NCBI RefSeq assembly: GCF_900292045.1
Contig: NZ_OLMS01000003.1
Coordinates: 189,570-253,569 of the forward strand
Source: Parabacteroides pacaensis
GTDB taxonomy: Bacteria; Bacteroidota; Bacteroidia; Bacteroidales; Tannerellaceae
Reading direction: 5' to 3'
DNA: 64,000 nucleotides
Shown: piece by piece, positions 45,984 to 55,936 of the stretch
How positions within the stretch are numbered: position 1 is the first letter of the stretch
How the letters are laid out: the number at the start of each line of letters is the position of its first letter
Program-made: the position numbers and the translations under genes
Notes under the pieces: model-generated
Told to the model about the DNA's origin: nothing
The model's database searches: none
What the model saw: the letters and a program-made list of their open reading frames with translations, nothing else

Positions 45984-48386
45984 ATGAAAAAACTGAATGT
46001 ATGTATGGGTGCTATCCTCTTGCTATCCCTAGCACTGGAAGCCTTTGCCGGATCCGGTAACCGTACCATTTCCCTGAATGGAAAGTGGAGCTTATCTTAT
46101 TGGAAACAGCCGGAACAACCGGTTGTCTCTCCCGCAGCCATACAAAAAAGCGAGGTGCAGACTATCGAAGCTACTGTTCCCGGAACTGTGGAATTAGACT
46201 TGCTTTCTGCGGGATTGATAAAAGACCCCATGGTGGGTAACCATGTAAACGAATTGCGTAAATGGGAAGAGTATCAATGGTGCTATACCAAATCCTTTCA
46301 GGCCCCGCGGTTGGAAAAAGGACAACGTTACCAGCTTTTCTTCGGAGGAATCGATTGCCTGGCGGATGTATGGCTGAATGGAAAACATGTCGGGTCCGCT
46401 GAAAATATGTTGATAGAACATACTTTTGATGTTACGGACGAAATAAAGCCGGAAGCAGAAAATCTGGTACAGGTAATCATTCGTTCGGCAGTACTGGAAG
46501 GACAAAATTATTTCTTGGGCTCTTTCAGCATCGGGAACTTCCCTTCCGAGGAATCTACGTTTATCCGGAAAGCTCCCCACATGTACGGATGGGACATATT
46601 GCCCCGGTTGGTAAGTGCCGGTTTATGGCGGAAGGTAGAGTTGCGGACATTGGAAGAAACCCGGTTCCGGGATGTGCATTATATGGTTGCCGCAGTAGAT
46701 ACCGCAACCCGGAACGTCCGTCTGTACATAGATGCACAATTGAAAATGCCTTTTGAAAAGTTCGACAAGGTAAAAGCCGTTTATACCTTAAGCCGGAACG
46801 GAAAAGAAGCATATAAAGGGAGTACCATTGTTTTTTCGCCTGCATTCCGTTACATAATGGAATTGAAAAATGCAGATCTATGGTGGCCCAGAGGATACGG
46901 AGAGCCTGCTTTATACGAAGCAAAAGTAGAATTGGTAGAAGAAGACGGTACCGTTTTATCTACCGATACCCAACGTATCGGGCTAAGAACCGTACAACTG
47001 GAGAGAAACGAGATCAATTTGCCGGAAAGTCCCGGAAAGTTTTGCTTTATCGTCAACGGGGAACCTATTTTTATCCACGGCACGAACTGGGTGCCCCTGG
47101 ATGCTTTGCACAGTCGTGATGAATTGGTAATGGATAAAGCCATAGAGATGGCTGCCGATTTGAATTGCAATATGATTCGATGCTGGGGCGGAAATGTGTA
47201 TGAAGACCATCACTTTTTTGACTTATGCGATGAGAACGGTATCCTAGTCTGGCAAGACTTTGCCATGGGATGTACTTTTTACCCGCAACGAACGGAGTTT
47301 ACCGGAGCCATAGAAAAAGAAGTGATTTCGGTTGTACGCAAATTGCGTAATCATCCTTCCCTGGCCCTATGGTCGGGTAATAATGAAGATGATATCGCCT
47401 TACGTTGGTCTTTACAACCTTTCAATCTGGATCCCAACCGCGATGCGGTGACGCGGAAAGTCATTCCTTCGGTACTGTATGAATTTGACCCCACCAGACC
47501 CTATCTTCCCAGTTCCCCGTATATAAGCGAGGCTGTCTACCAAAAAGGTTGCGACGAGAAATATTGGCCGGAGAATCACCTCTGGGGACCCAGAGGGTAT
47601 TATAAAGATCCTTTTTACATAGAGGCACAATGTACGTTTGTAAGTGAAATCGGATACCACGGCTGTCCCAACCTGGAAAGCCTGAAAAAGATGATGACGG
47701 AAGATTGTGTCTATCCCTGGATAAAGGAACACGAATGGAACGACGAGTGGGTAACCAAGTCCGTCAGACGCTTCCCGGCATGGGGAAAAACTTATGACCG
47801 GAATAATTTGATGATAAACCAAGTCCGTCTTTTATTCGGCCAAGTACCTTCCAAGCTGGAAGATTTCATCTTCGCTTCCCAATCCGTACAAGCAGAAGCC
47901 ATGAAATACTTTATAGAGATGTGGCGAGGAAACAAATGGAATAAAACCGGCATTATCTGGTGGAATTTGCGGGATGGATGGCCGTTGATTTCCGACGCAA
48001 TCGTGGATTATTATAACTCCCCTAAAATGGCTTATTACTTCATCCGGAACGTACAGAAAGATGTATGCGTTTTTATAAACGATGCGAAAGACGGCAACCA
48101 TCCGCTGGTAGCGGTCAACGACACCCGGCATGCTTGCGAAGGTGAAGTGGAGGTAACAGACATCGGATCCGGTCAACCGGTTTTTAAAGGAAAATTTCAT
48201 GTGCCCGCCAATGGGAAAGTCTGTCTTTCGTCGCTGCCCCGGCAAGAAGGTCAGGGAATTTGGTTAATCCGTTATAAAATAGGAGAACGAAAATTTGCCA
48301 ACCACTACCTGTATGGCAAAGCTCCTTTCAAGTTGGCTGAATACAAACGATTATTACAAAAAACTAATTTATATACTGTAAAATAA
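45984..48386 (+). CDS. Glycoside hydrolase family 2 (beta-mannosidase / exo-beta-glucosaminidase-like)
   Basis: It has a signal peptide. The segment NMIRCWGGNVYEDHHFFDLCDENGILVWQDFAMGC matches the GH2 beta-mannosidase TIM-barrel block. Confidence 0.8.
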   Translation: MKKLNVCMGAILLLSLALEAFAGSGNRTISLNGKWSLSYWKQPEQPVVSPAAIQKSEVQTIEATVPGTVELDLLSAGLIKDPMVGNHVNELRKWEEYQWCYTKSFQAPRLEKGQRYQLFFGGIDCLADVWLNGKHVGSAENMLIEHTFDVTDEIKPEAENLVQVIIRSAVLEGQNYFLGSFSIGNFPSEESTFIRKAPHMYGWDILPRLVSAGLWRKVELRTLEETRFRDVHYMVAAVDTATRNVRLYIDAQLKMPFEKFDKVKAVYTLSRNGKEAYKGSTIVFSPAFRYIMELKNADLWWPRGYGEPALYEAKVELVEEDGTVLSTDTQRIGLRTVQLERNEINLPESPGKFCFIVNGEPIFIHGTNWVPLDALHSRDELVMDKAIEMAADLNCNMIRCWGGNVYEDHHFFDLCDENGILVWQDFAMGCTFYPQRTEFTGAIEKEVISVVRKLRNHPSLALWSGNNEDDIALRWSLQPFNLDPNRDAVTRKVIPSVLYEFDPTRPYLPSSPYISEAVYQKGCDEKYWPENHLWGPRGYYKDPFYIEAQCTFVSEIGYHGCPNLESLKKMMTEDCVYPWIKEHEWNDEWVTKSVRRFPAWGKTYDRNNLMINQVRLLFGQVPSKLEDFIFASQSVQAEAMKYFIEMWRGNKWNKTGIIWWNLRDGWPLISDAIVDYYNSPKMAYYFIRNVQKDVCVFINDAKDGNHPLVAVNDTRHACEGEVEVTDIGSGQPVFKGKFHVPANGKVCLSSLPRQEGQGIWLIRYKIGERKFANHYLYGKAPFKLAEYKRLLQKTNLYTVK

Positions 48387-48391
48387 TAGAG

Positions 48392-49351
48392 ATGAAAACA
48401 AATTTGTTGGGAATTGACATCGGCGGAACTAAATGTGCCATTATCTATGGCATTCAGCAAGGAGAACATCTGACCCTGGTAGATAAGAAAAAGTTTCAAA
48501 CCACCTGCGTGGATGAAACAATCGGAAATATTCTGGCAGGACTTGAAGAGATGATGACCCTTCACGGGCTTACTCCTTTAAATACAAAAGCGATAGGAAT
48601 TTCCTGCGGCGGCCCTCTGGATAGTTCCGAAGGAATTATTTTGTCTCCCCCCAACTTGCCGGGATGGAATGCCATTCCCATCGTATCCCTTATTGAAAAA
48701 AGAGTAAGGATCAGGGCAAAACTTCAAAACGATGCGAATGCCTGCGCCTTAGCCGAATGGAAGTTCGGTGCGGGAAAAGGTACGAAGAATATGGTGTTTT
48801 TAACCTTCGGAACCGGATTGGGAGCCGGGTTGATACTAAACGGCAGTTTATATTCCGGAACGAATGACAATGCCGGCGAGTTAGGCCATATCCGCATGGT
48901 CGATTTTGGCCCGGTGGGATATGGGAAAAAGGGATCGCTCGAGGGCCTTGCCAGCGGAGGAGGCATTGCACAACTAGCGAGAATGTACCTCTTGGAAAAG
49001 TTTCAGCAAGGAGAAAAAGTATCCTGGTGTACTTTAGAAGAATTAAATGAAGTAACCGCTCAAAAGGTAGCCGAAGAAGCCATTAAGGGAGACCCTTTAG
49101 CACAAAAGGTCTATGAAACCTCTGCAATTTATCTAGGAAAGGGATTAGCTGTTCTGATCGATCTGCTGAATCCCGAAATGATAGTGATAGGCGGAATATA
49201 CTCGCGGAACAAGAGCATGATGGAATCTGTAATACAACAAGTAATCCGTGAAGAAGCATTATCCGATTCCAGTAAAGTATGTACCGTAAAGCCTGCTTTA
49301 TTAGGAGAGAATATCGGAGACTATGCAGCTCTTTCAATTGCCTTTGCTTAA
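48392..49351 (+). CDS. ROK-family sugar kinase
   Basis: The 319-aa protein has GIDIGGTK at its N-terminus and ROK signature regions. Confidence 0.8.
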   Translation: MKTNLLGIDIGGTKCAIIYGIQQGEHLTLVDKKKFQTTCVDETIGNILAGLEEMMTLHGLTPLNTKAIGISCGGPLDSSEGIILSPPNLPGWNAIPIVSLIEKRVRIRAKLQNDANACALAEWKFGAGKGTKNMVFLTFGTGLGAGLILNGSLYSGTNDNAGELGHIRMVDFGPVGYGKKGSLEGLASGGGIAQLARMYLLEKFQQGEKVSWCTLEELNEVTAQKVAEEAIKGDPLAQKVYETSAIYLGKGLAVLIDLLNPEMIVIGGIYSRNKSMMESVIQQVIREEALSDSSKVCTVKPALLGENIGDYAALSIAFA

Positions 49352-49370
49352 CCGATTAAATCCTTGTGAA

Positions 49371-49961
49371 ATGAATCCGAAAGAGACAATTTATGCTAGT
49401 TTACATGAAGCGCGTACGCTACTGGATACCTTTATCCGGGAAGATTCGACCCTGGAAAGCATTTATAAGGCAGCTTTCCTGTGTGCCGAAGCCTTGCGGG
49501 CAGGACATAAAATAATAAGTTGCGGGAATGGAGGATCTTTGTGCGACGCGAGTCATTTTGCGGAAGAATTGACAGGGCGTTTCCGCAATAATCGACGTCC
49601 GTTACCGGCATTAGCTATCAACGATGCAGCTTACCTGACTTGTGTGGGAAATGATTTTTCGTTTCAGGAGGTTTTTTCCCGCTATGTCGAGTCCCTGGGA
49701 CAACCGGGCGATGTATTATTGGCCATCAGCACCAGTGGAAATTCGCAGAATATCATACGTGCAGTGGAGCAGGCACATAAAAATAAAATGACCGTATTGG
49801 CACTAACCTCTCAAGGAAAAAATGAATTGGCTGAAAAAGCAGATGTGGCCATCTGTGCTCCCTATGCGCCACATTCTGACCGGATTCAGGAAATTCATAT
49901 CAAAGTGATCCATATTCTCATCCAAGTGATGGAAGAACTGTTGAAAGTGAGTTCGTCTTAA
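49371..49961 (+). CDS. SIS-domain sugar-phosphate isomerase (phosphoheptose isomerase GmhA-like)
   Basis: SIS motifs are present (ISCGNGGSLCDASHFAEEL; ISTSGNS). The likely start is MNPKETIY. Confidence 0.7.
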   Translation: MNPKETIYASLHEARTLLDTFIREDSTLESIYKAAFLCAEALRAGHKIISCGNGGSLCDASHFAEELTGRFRNNRRPLPALAINDAAYLTCVGNDFSFQEVFSRYVESLGQPGDVLLAISTSGNSQNIIRAVEQAHKNKMTVLALTSQGKNELAEKADVAICAPYAPHSDRIQEIHIKVIHILIQVMEELLKVSSS

Positions 49962-50225
49962 ACAGGAACGAATTCGGGAGGAGAATATAGACAATCCTGG
50001 AATTTTCTTATGTCTAACCTTTTATAAATGAATGCCTATGGAAAATTAAAACAAACCTGGAGAAGACCAATCTTCTTTAAATAAGAATCGATCAAGATGA
50101 AAAGCGTATTTAAGGTACGCGCCACATTATTTTACCAGGAGAGTGTGTCGAAATAAAGAGAATCCCAAAAGTGAGACACACTTTCTTTACAAGTTACAAG
50201 TATGCAAATTAATTATTCACACATT

Positions 50226-53200
50226 ATGAAAAATACATGTTTATTAATGGCTTGTTGTATATCTCTGGCTTTCCCCTTCTATGCGAAAGCAGGGAATGTC
50301 GAACGAGCCGATTCAGGAGAAAGCGTGTCGGAAACCAGCGCCCCGGTAAAAAGTTCCGATGCAAAGCCCGGCCCGAAGAAAGTACAAGCTACTTCTATCA
50401 GCCAACAAAAGAATATTACGGTTACAGGCAAAGTACTCGATGCAAACGGCGAACCGGTAATCGGGGCATCCGTAGTGGAAAAAGGAGTCCGATCCAACGG
50501 AACCATAACAGATATGGACGGAACATTTTCTTTATCGGTAACCCCCCCGGCAACCTTAGAAATTTCTTATATAGGTTACGTAACCCAACAGGTACAAGTT
50601 ATCCCTGGAAAAAGGCTGGTTATCACATTGCTTGAAAACGTGGAAGCTTTAGACGAGGTGGTAGTAACCGGTTACGGCCAACAAAGAGTCGCCACGGTAA
50701 CCGGTTCCGTTTCCCAGGTAAAAACAGAGAAGATCGCCGTAGCCCCCGTAGCAAACGTAAGTAATATGCTGGCGGGACAATTGCCGGGACTCGTCAGTAA
50801 ACAAACCTCCGGTCTTCCCGGCCTGGATGATGCCAGCCTGAATATCCGCGGTTTCGATGCCCCGTTAATTATAGTAGACGGCATAGAAACCAGTTTCAAT
50901 AATATCGATGCCAACCAGATTGAAACAGTCTCCATCTTGAAAGACGGCGCAGCTTCCATCTATGGGGCGCGAGCCGGCAACGGGGTTATTTTGGTCACCA
51001 CGAAACGCGGAAAATCGTCCAAGCCAACCATCATGGTCAACAGTTCGTATACGCTTCAGGGATCTACCAATGTAATGGAATCGGGAAGCTCGGCCGAACG
51101 CGCGCAATATGCAAGAGATACCTGGATAAATTCGGGGAATCCGGCGGAAACGGCCCCTTACACCGAAGAAGACATCCGGAAATACCGGGAAGGGACGGAC
51201 CCCGGCTATCTGAATACAGACTGGTTCGGTGCTTCTATCCGGAAGTTCGCACCCCAACAGAACCACAACGTTTCCATTTCCGGCGGGAATGAGAATACAA
51301 AATATTACGGATACTTCGGATACAACACACAGGAGACTATTTTGAAAAAGAACGGCGGGCATTATGACCGTTATAATTTCCAGTCGAACGTAGATACGAA
51401 GATAACGGAACGCCTTTCGGCCAGCATGGACCTGATGTACATTAAGGATCAGCGTTATTATACTTCGGGTGCAGACATGATATCTAGCAATAACAACTTT
51501 TGGAATGACTTGATTTACAGAGCCAGCCCGATGTATCCGCTGGAATTGCCCGATCCCTCGAAGCTTGCTTATGCCGAAGTAACGATGGGAAGCCCCGTTT
51601 TTGCTACCAATTCCGAATTAGCCGGGTATGTGCAACGGATCAACAATATCACGCAATTTAAAGGAACTTTACAGTACGATTTCAAATATGTTCCCGGATT
51701 AAAAGCCAAAGGAACCATTATCTACCGCAATGATTCGTACGATCAGAAAACCTTTAAAAAACAGGCGGCGTTCTATACCTATAATGCTGATACGGAACAG
51801 TACACGTTGGTACGTAATTCGCAGGATCCGACTTCTTTGAACATGGGTTCTGCCAACACCACAAAGTTGATCCAGCAATACTCGTTAAACTATGATCAGA
51901 CCTTTTTAGATGCCCATCATATATCCGGCTTATTCATGTTTGAATCCGTGGATGAGAGAAGTAAGAATTTGAATGCTTCGCGCACAGGATACGTGTCGAC
52001 GGCATTGGACGAGCTATTTGCCGGAAGTGCTACCACAGCCGCGAACAATTCGTCCAGCGCAGCCGTGGGACGTGCCAGTTGGATCGGACGCATCAATTAC
52101 AGTTATCTGGACCGCTATATGGTGGAAACAATCCTGAGGGCGGATGCTTCTTCACGATTTGCAAAAGGACATAGATGGGGGTACTTTCCCAGTGTGTCGT
52201 TAGGCTGGAACATCGCACGAGAAGATTTCATGAAGCAACAGAATATCGTGGATAACCTGAAAGTACGCTTAAGCTATGGAGAATCAGGCTATGATGCCGT
52301 AGCGAACTTTGCCTACCTGACCGGATACGTATTTGATTCGAGTTATACGCTGGGTTCTACTTTGATTTCCGGGCTGACTCCTTCCGGGTTGCCTAATATC
52401 AACTTGACTTGGGAGAAAATGAAAATCTATAATGCCGGTGTGGATTATTCTTTATGGAATCGGAAACTTTACGGGGAAGCCGAGTTCTTTCACCGGAAAC
52501 GCAGCGGCATTCCGGGCACACGTTCCGGCTCGCTCCCTTCTTCTTTCGGAGCGGCCCTGCCTATGGAAAACCTGAACAGTGTCAATACCCAAGGTTTCGA
52601 GTTCAGGGTAGGAACGACGGGGAATATCGGAAACGTCACGTATGATGTCTCCGGAAATGTATCTTATTCCAGGTCCAAGTGGGATTACTGCGACGAGCCT
52701 GCCTATACGGATGCCGACCAGGAAAGGCTGTACAAGAACAGCGGCAGGTATACCGATCGCCGGTACGGATATGTCTCGGACGGTTTATTTACCAGCCAGG
52801 AAGAAATCGATGCCTGGCCGTGTACTTTCGAGGCATTGAACAATGACAATTCTTCTTTGCGTCCGGGCGATATCAGATACAAAGACTTGAACGGCGACAA
52901 AGTGATCGATTGGCGCGACCAGAAAGAAATAGGAAAAGGGGCTACCCCGCATTGGATGTTCGGCTTCAATTTCAATTTAAAGTACAGGAACTTCGACCTG
53001 TCCGCACTTTTCCAGGGAGCATCCGGTTACACTACGTATGTAACCTATGCGGCGGAAACATCCTTCCGCTACCAGCATACCTGGAACGAACGGACGAACG
53101 ATCCCCATGCCTTGATAGCGCGGCCGGGTGGTTCATCGACCAACGGTTTGTATTCGGACTTCAACAATCACAACACTACGTATCTGCGGTTAAAGAACAT

Positions 53201-53405
53201 GTCGTTCGGTTATGAGATCCCCGCCACCTTATTATCTAAAATAAGAGTGAGCAAATTGAGGATCTACTTCGCCGGGACGAATCTTTTCACATTAAGTTCA
53301 TTGCATAAATACGGAGTAGACCCCGAAATGCCGGAAAGTTATGGCGCGGGTACTTACTATCCGCAGCAATATACCATGAGTATAGGTTGTAATCTTATCT
53401 TTTAA
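50226..53405 (+). CDS. SusC/RagA-family TonB-dependent outer-membrane transporter
   Basis: It has a signal peptide and a CarbopepD_reg domain (TGKVLDANGEPVIGASVV). The TonB box, plug and barrel are present, with a C-terminal ...GCNLIF. Confidence 0.9.
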   Translation: MKNTCLLMACCISLAFPFYAKAGNVERADSGESVSETSAPVKSSDAKPGPKKVQATSISQQKNITVTGKVLDANGEPVIGASVVEKGVRSNGTITDMDGTFSLSVTPPATLEISYIGYVTQQVQVIPGKRLVITLLENVEALDEVVVTGYGQQRVATVTGSVSQVKTEKIAVAPVANVSNMLAGQLPGLVSKQTSGLPGLDDASLNIRGFDAPLIIVDGIETSFNNIDANQIETVSILKDGAASIYGARAGNGVILVTTKRGKSSKPTIMVNSSYTLQGSTNVMESGSSAERAQYARDTWINSGNPAETAPYTEEDIRKYREGTDPGYLNTDWFGASIRKFAPQQNHNVSISGGNENTKYYGYFGYNTQETILKKNGGHYDRYNFQSNVDTKITERLSASMDLMYIKDQRYYTSGADMISSNNNFWNDLIYRASPMYPLELPDPSKLAYAEVTMGSPVFATNSELAGYVQRINNITQFKGTLQYDFKYVPGLKAKGTIIYRNDSYDQKTFKKQAAFYTYNADTEQYTLVRNSQDPTSLNMGSANTTKLIQQYSLNYDQTFLDAHHISGLFMFESVDERSKNLNASRTGYVSTALDELFAGSATTAANNSSSAAVGRASWIGRINYSYLDRYMVETILRADASSRFAKGHRWGYFPSVSLGWNIAREDFMKQQNIVDNLKVRLSYGESGYDAVANFAYLTGYVFDSSYTLGSTLISGLTPSGLPNINLTWEKMKIYNAGVDYSLWNRKLYGEAEFFHRKRSGIPGTRSGSLPSSFGAALPMENLNSVNTQGFEFRVGTTGNIGNVTYDVSGNVSYSRSKWDYCDEPAYTDADQERLYKNSGRYTDRRYGYVSDGLFTSQEEIDAWPCTFEALNNDNSSLRPGDIRYKDLNGDKVIDWRDQKEIGKGATPHWMFGFNFNLKYRNFDLSALFQGASGYTTYVTYAAETSFRYQHTWNERTNDPHALIARPGGSSTNGLYSDFNNHNTTYLRLKNMSFGYEIPATLLSKIRVSKLRIYFAGTNLFTLSSLHKYGVDPEMPESYGAGTYYPQQYTMSIGCNLIF

Positions 53406-53416
53406 CAAGTACAATT

Positions 53417-55285
53417 ATGAAAACAAAAATAAATATAGCGTTTGTAGCTTTTGCTACCCTGATAATGACATCGTGTTATGATGTATTGGACAAAGTTCCT
53501 ACAGACCGGTATACCGATGCCGTGGTATGGAACGACCCTGCCTTATTGGACATGTACTTGGCGGAACTTTACGCCTGCACGCCGGTAATGGTAAACGATG
53601 CGACGTGTTTATACAACGGTTCGCCCATGAATCGGGATGCAAACGACTGGGGCACCGTAATGGGCTATAGCGAGCAGATGGAAGGTACGGTCAGGATGAT
53701 CGAAATTACGGACGAGGCAAAGTACAACTTCGGTGCGCAAGGTAACATGCTAGGCATAAAAGATAACGGCTTCCAGGTAAACTCCACAGAGATGCAATGG
53801 TGGGGAAATGCCTATTATACCATTCGTAATTTAAATGATTTTATAGAGCGTGCTGCAGAATCTTCCATTTCCAATGTAAATGAACGGATTGCCGAGGCTC
53901 GTTTTTTAAGAGCTTTTTGTTACTTTGCAATGGTAAAACGTTACGGAGGCGTACCTCTGGTCACCGAAGTCCAATCTATCGATGCAGATTCTACGGTATT
54001 GTACCCGAAACGGAACACGGAAAAAGAACTGTATGATTTTATTTTGAAAGAAACCGGCGAAATATCTGCCATCCTTCCGTCTTCCGCAGAAGCAGGGCGG
54101 GCAAACAAATGGGTGGCACTGGCCCTTCGGAGCAGGGCTGCTTTATATGCCGGAAGCATTGCGCAATTCGGCAAGGTGCAGAAGAATGGACTGTTGGGGT
54201 TTCCCGCTGCGGAAGCTTCGCAATATTACCAGGTTTGCTATGAGGCATGCAAGAAAATCATGGACGAAAGTCCGTATGCCCTTTACGATGCGGATGCGGA
54301 TAAGGTGGAGAACTTTAAGAATATATTCTTGAAGAAAGGTAATTGCGAGGCAATTATGGTAAAACAACACACCGGACCGAGTGCTTCGGACGGCGGGACG
54401 AACCGGTGGTCGTGGGACATGGCGGAATGCCCTCGCCCGAACGTATGGGGTGTAGGAAATTACCACGGCCCTTACTTGGAGATGGTAGAAGAATTCGAAT
54501 ATAAAGACGGTACGCCGGGCAAGATTGACCGGGAACAGGCGAAAAGCTGTTTGTGGACGATGGAGGAATTATGGGGAAATAAAGATCCCCGCTTTGCCGC
54601 GTCTATCTGGACTCACGGCACATCCTGGCCCGGAGCTGTGGGCGGTGTGCTGGGCGAAAACACGATCGACATGCACAATGGTATCTTCTCTAAAGACGGG
54701 ACATTGATCGACGGGCGTTACGATTCCTATGAGGGGAATGCCGCTATCGGCGACCAGTTGACCCGTTTTAAGGAACTAAGTTGTACCAATACCGGCTTCG
54801 GCGTAATGAAGTACCTGGATCCGGAAGCGAATAATATGAACTGGTTCAGCGAATCGACAACGGATTACTTGATATTTCGGTTCGGCGAAATCTTGCTGAA
54901 TTATGCGGAAGCTGCATTCGAACTGGGCAAGACCGGCGATGCATTGGATGCGGTAAACCGGATACGCGAACGTGCGGGAATAGCCCGGCTGACTGCTGTC
55001 GACCGGGAGAAGATACGCCATGAAAGGAAAGTGGAACTGGTGTTCGAAAATCACCGGTATTGGGATTTAAGGCGGTGGAGAACGGCAGTCACGGCCCTTA
55101 CACGTACTTATTCCGGATTGCGGTATATTTACGATGCAGCCAGCGGGAAGTATCGCCTTGATTTTGTCGACGATATAGACGGCAGGCCGCAAACCCCGAC
55201 CTTCCCCGAAAAGAATTATTATCTGCCGATAGGACACGGACGTACTTCCGCCAATCCGAATCTGGAAGAGAATCCGGGGTATTAA
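53417..55285 (+). CDS. SusD/RagB-family nutrient-binding lipoprotein
   Basis: It has a lipobox (LIMTSCYD). SusD C-terminal signatures are present (HRYWDLRRWR). Confidence 0.9.
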   Translation: MKTKINIAFVAFATLIMTSCYDVLDKVPTDRYTDAVVWNDPALLDMYLAELYACTPVMVNDATCLYNGSPMNRDANDWGTVMGYSEQMEGTVRMIEITDEAKYNFGAQGNMLGIKDNGFQVNSTEMQWWGNAYYTIRNLNDFIERAAESSISNVNERIAEARFLRAFCYFAMVKRYGGVPLVTEVQSIDADSTVLYPKRNTEKELYDFILKETGEISAILPSSAEAGRANKWVALALRSRAALYAGSIAQFGKVQKNGLLGFPAAEASQYYQVCYEACKKIMDESPYALYDADADKVENFKNIFLKKGNCEAIMVKQHTGPSASDGGTNRWSWDMAECPRPNVWGVGNYHGPYLEMVEEFEYKDGTPGKIDREQAKSCLWTMEELWGNKDPRFAASIWTHGTSWPGAVGGVLGENTIDMHNGIFSKDGTLIDGRYDSYEGNAAIGDQLTRFKELSCTNTGFGVMKYLDPEANNMNWFSESTTDYLIFRFGEILLNYAEAAFELGKTGDALDAVNRIRERAGIARLTAVDREKIRHERKVELVFENHRYWDLRRWRTAVTALTRTYSGLRYIYDAASGKYRLDFVDDIDGRPQTPTFPEKNYYLPIGHGRTSANPNLEENPGY

Positions 55286-55379
55286 GGGGTGATATTGGAG
55301 ATATGGCGTACCTACTGTTCCTTCTTCCGAAAGTGAAGTAACATATTAAGAGGTAATATTGGAGATGTGACCCGAAGGA

Positions 55380-55860
55380 GCTTCGTTCGTCACAAGCCGG
55401 CCTTGCTGCCGGAGTCTCTTCACCCACGCCTCTTTCCTGTGGAGCCTACTTGTCTATGCTTGTCATCTTGTGGAGCTCATTTGCCCGTGTCTGTCATTCT
55501 GAGGAGTCCATTTGTTCGTGCCTCTCGTCCTATGGAGCCTATTTGTCCGTGCCTGTCATCCCGCGCTTGACGCGGGATCTCCCATCGTTTAAGCCGGCTT
55601 GTGCCGATGGGAGATGGCGGGTCGTAGCCCGCCATGACAGCAGTAGGTCAAAGAAGCCTTTCATCTTTTCGCACAACCTTGTCATGGCGGACTTGATCCG
55701 CCATCTCCTAGCCTGAGAGCCGCCTCTTGTTGAACGGAGATCCCGCGTCAAGCGCGGGATGACAGAGGTGGCGATGGGATGACAGGGACTGCGGATGACA
55801 GAGGTGGCGATGGGATGACGAAGGCGGTGGGATGACAGAGGCAGGCAAGCAGAGCCTGAA
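55380..55860. repeat. Repeat-dense 480-bp intergenic cluster
   Basis: The cluster reads, in order: four tandem ~30-nt units GGAGCCTAYTTGTYYRTGCYTGTCAT; the hairpin GTCATCCCGCGCTTGACGCGGGATCTCC; the hairpins ATGGCGGGTCGTAGCCCGCCAT and ATGGCGGACTTGATCCGCCAT; the reverse-orientation GGAGATCCCGCGTCAAGCGCGGGATGACAGAGGTGG; and tandem GGGATGACAGAGGTGGCGAT units. Confidence 0.7.
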
Positions 55861-55936
55861 TAATAGTTTTAATGCACTTTATCTAAAATGATACATCGAA
55901 CTACTTTTAATAAAGCATCTGATTAAAAAGCAATAT

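Noticed and set aside
55367-55751. ORFs 55367-55570 (+), 55450-55716 (+) and 55539-55751 (-); likewise 61569-62147 (+), 61364-61723 (-), 61491-61742 (-), 61558-62043 (-), 38947-39159 (+) and 63426-63707 (-)
   Set aside because: They lie entirely within GC-rich hairpin and tandem-repeat DNA, or antisense to the MscS gene. Similar 'MTRDLRST...' peptides arise from each repeat copy. Their amino-acid composition is arbitrary, so I treat them as spurious.
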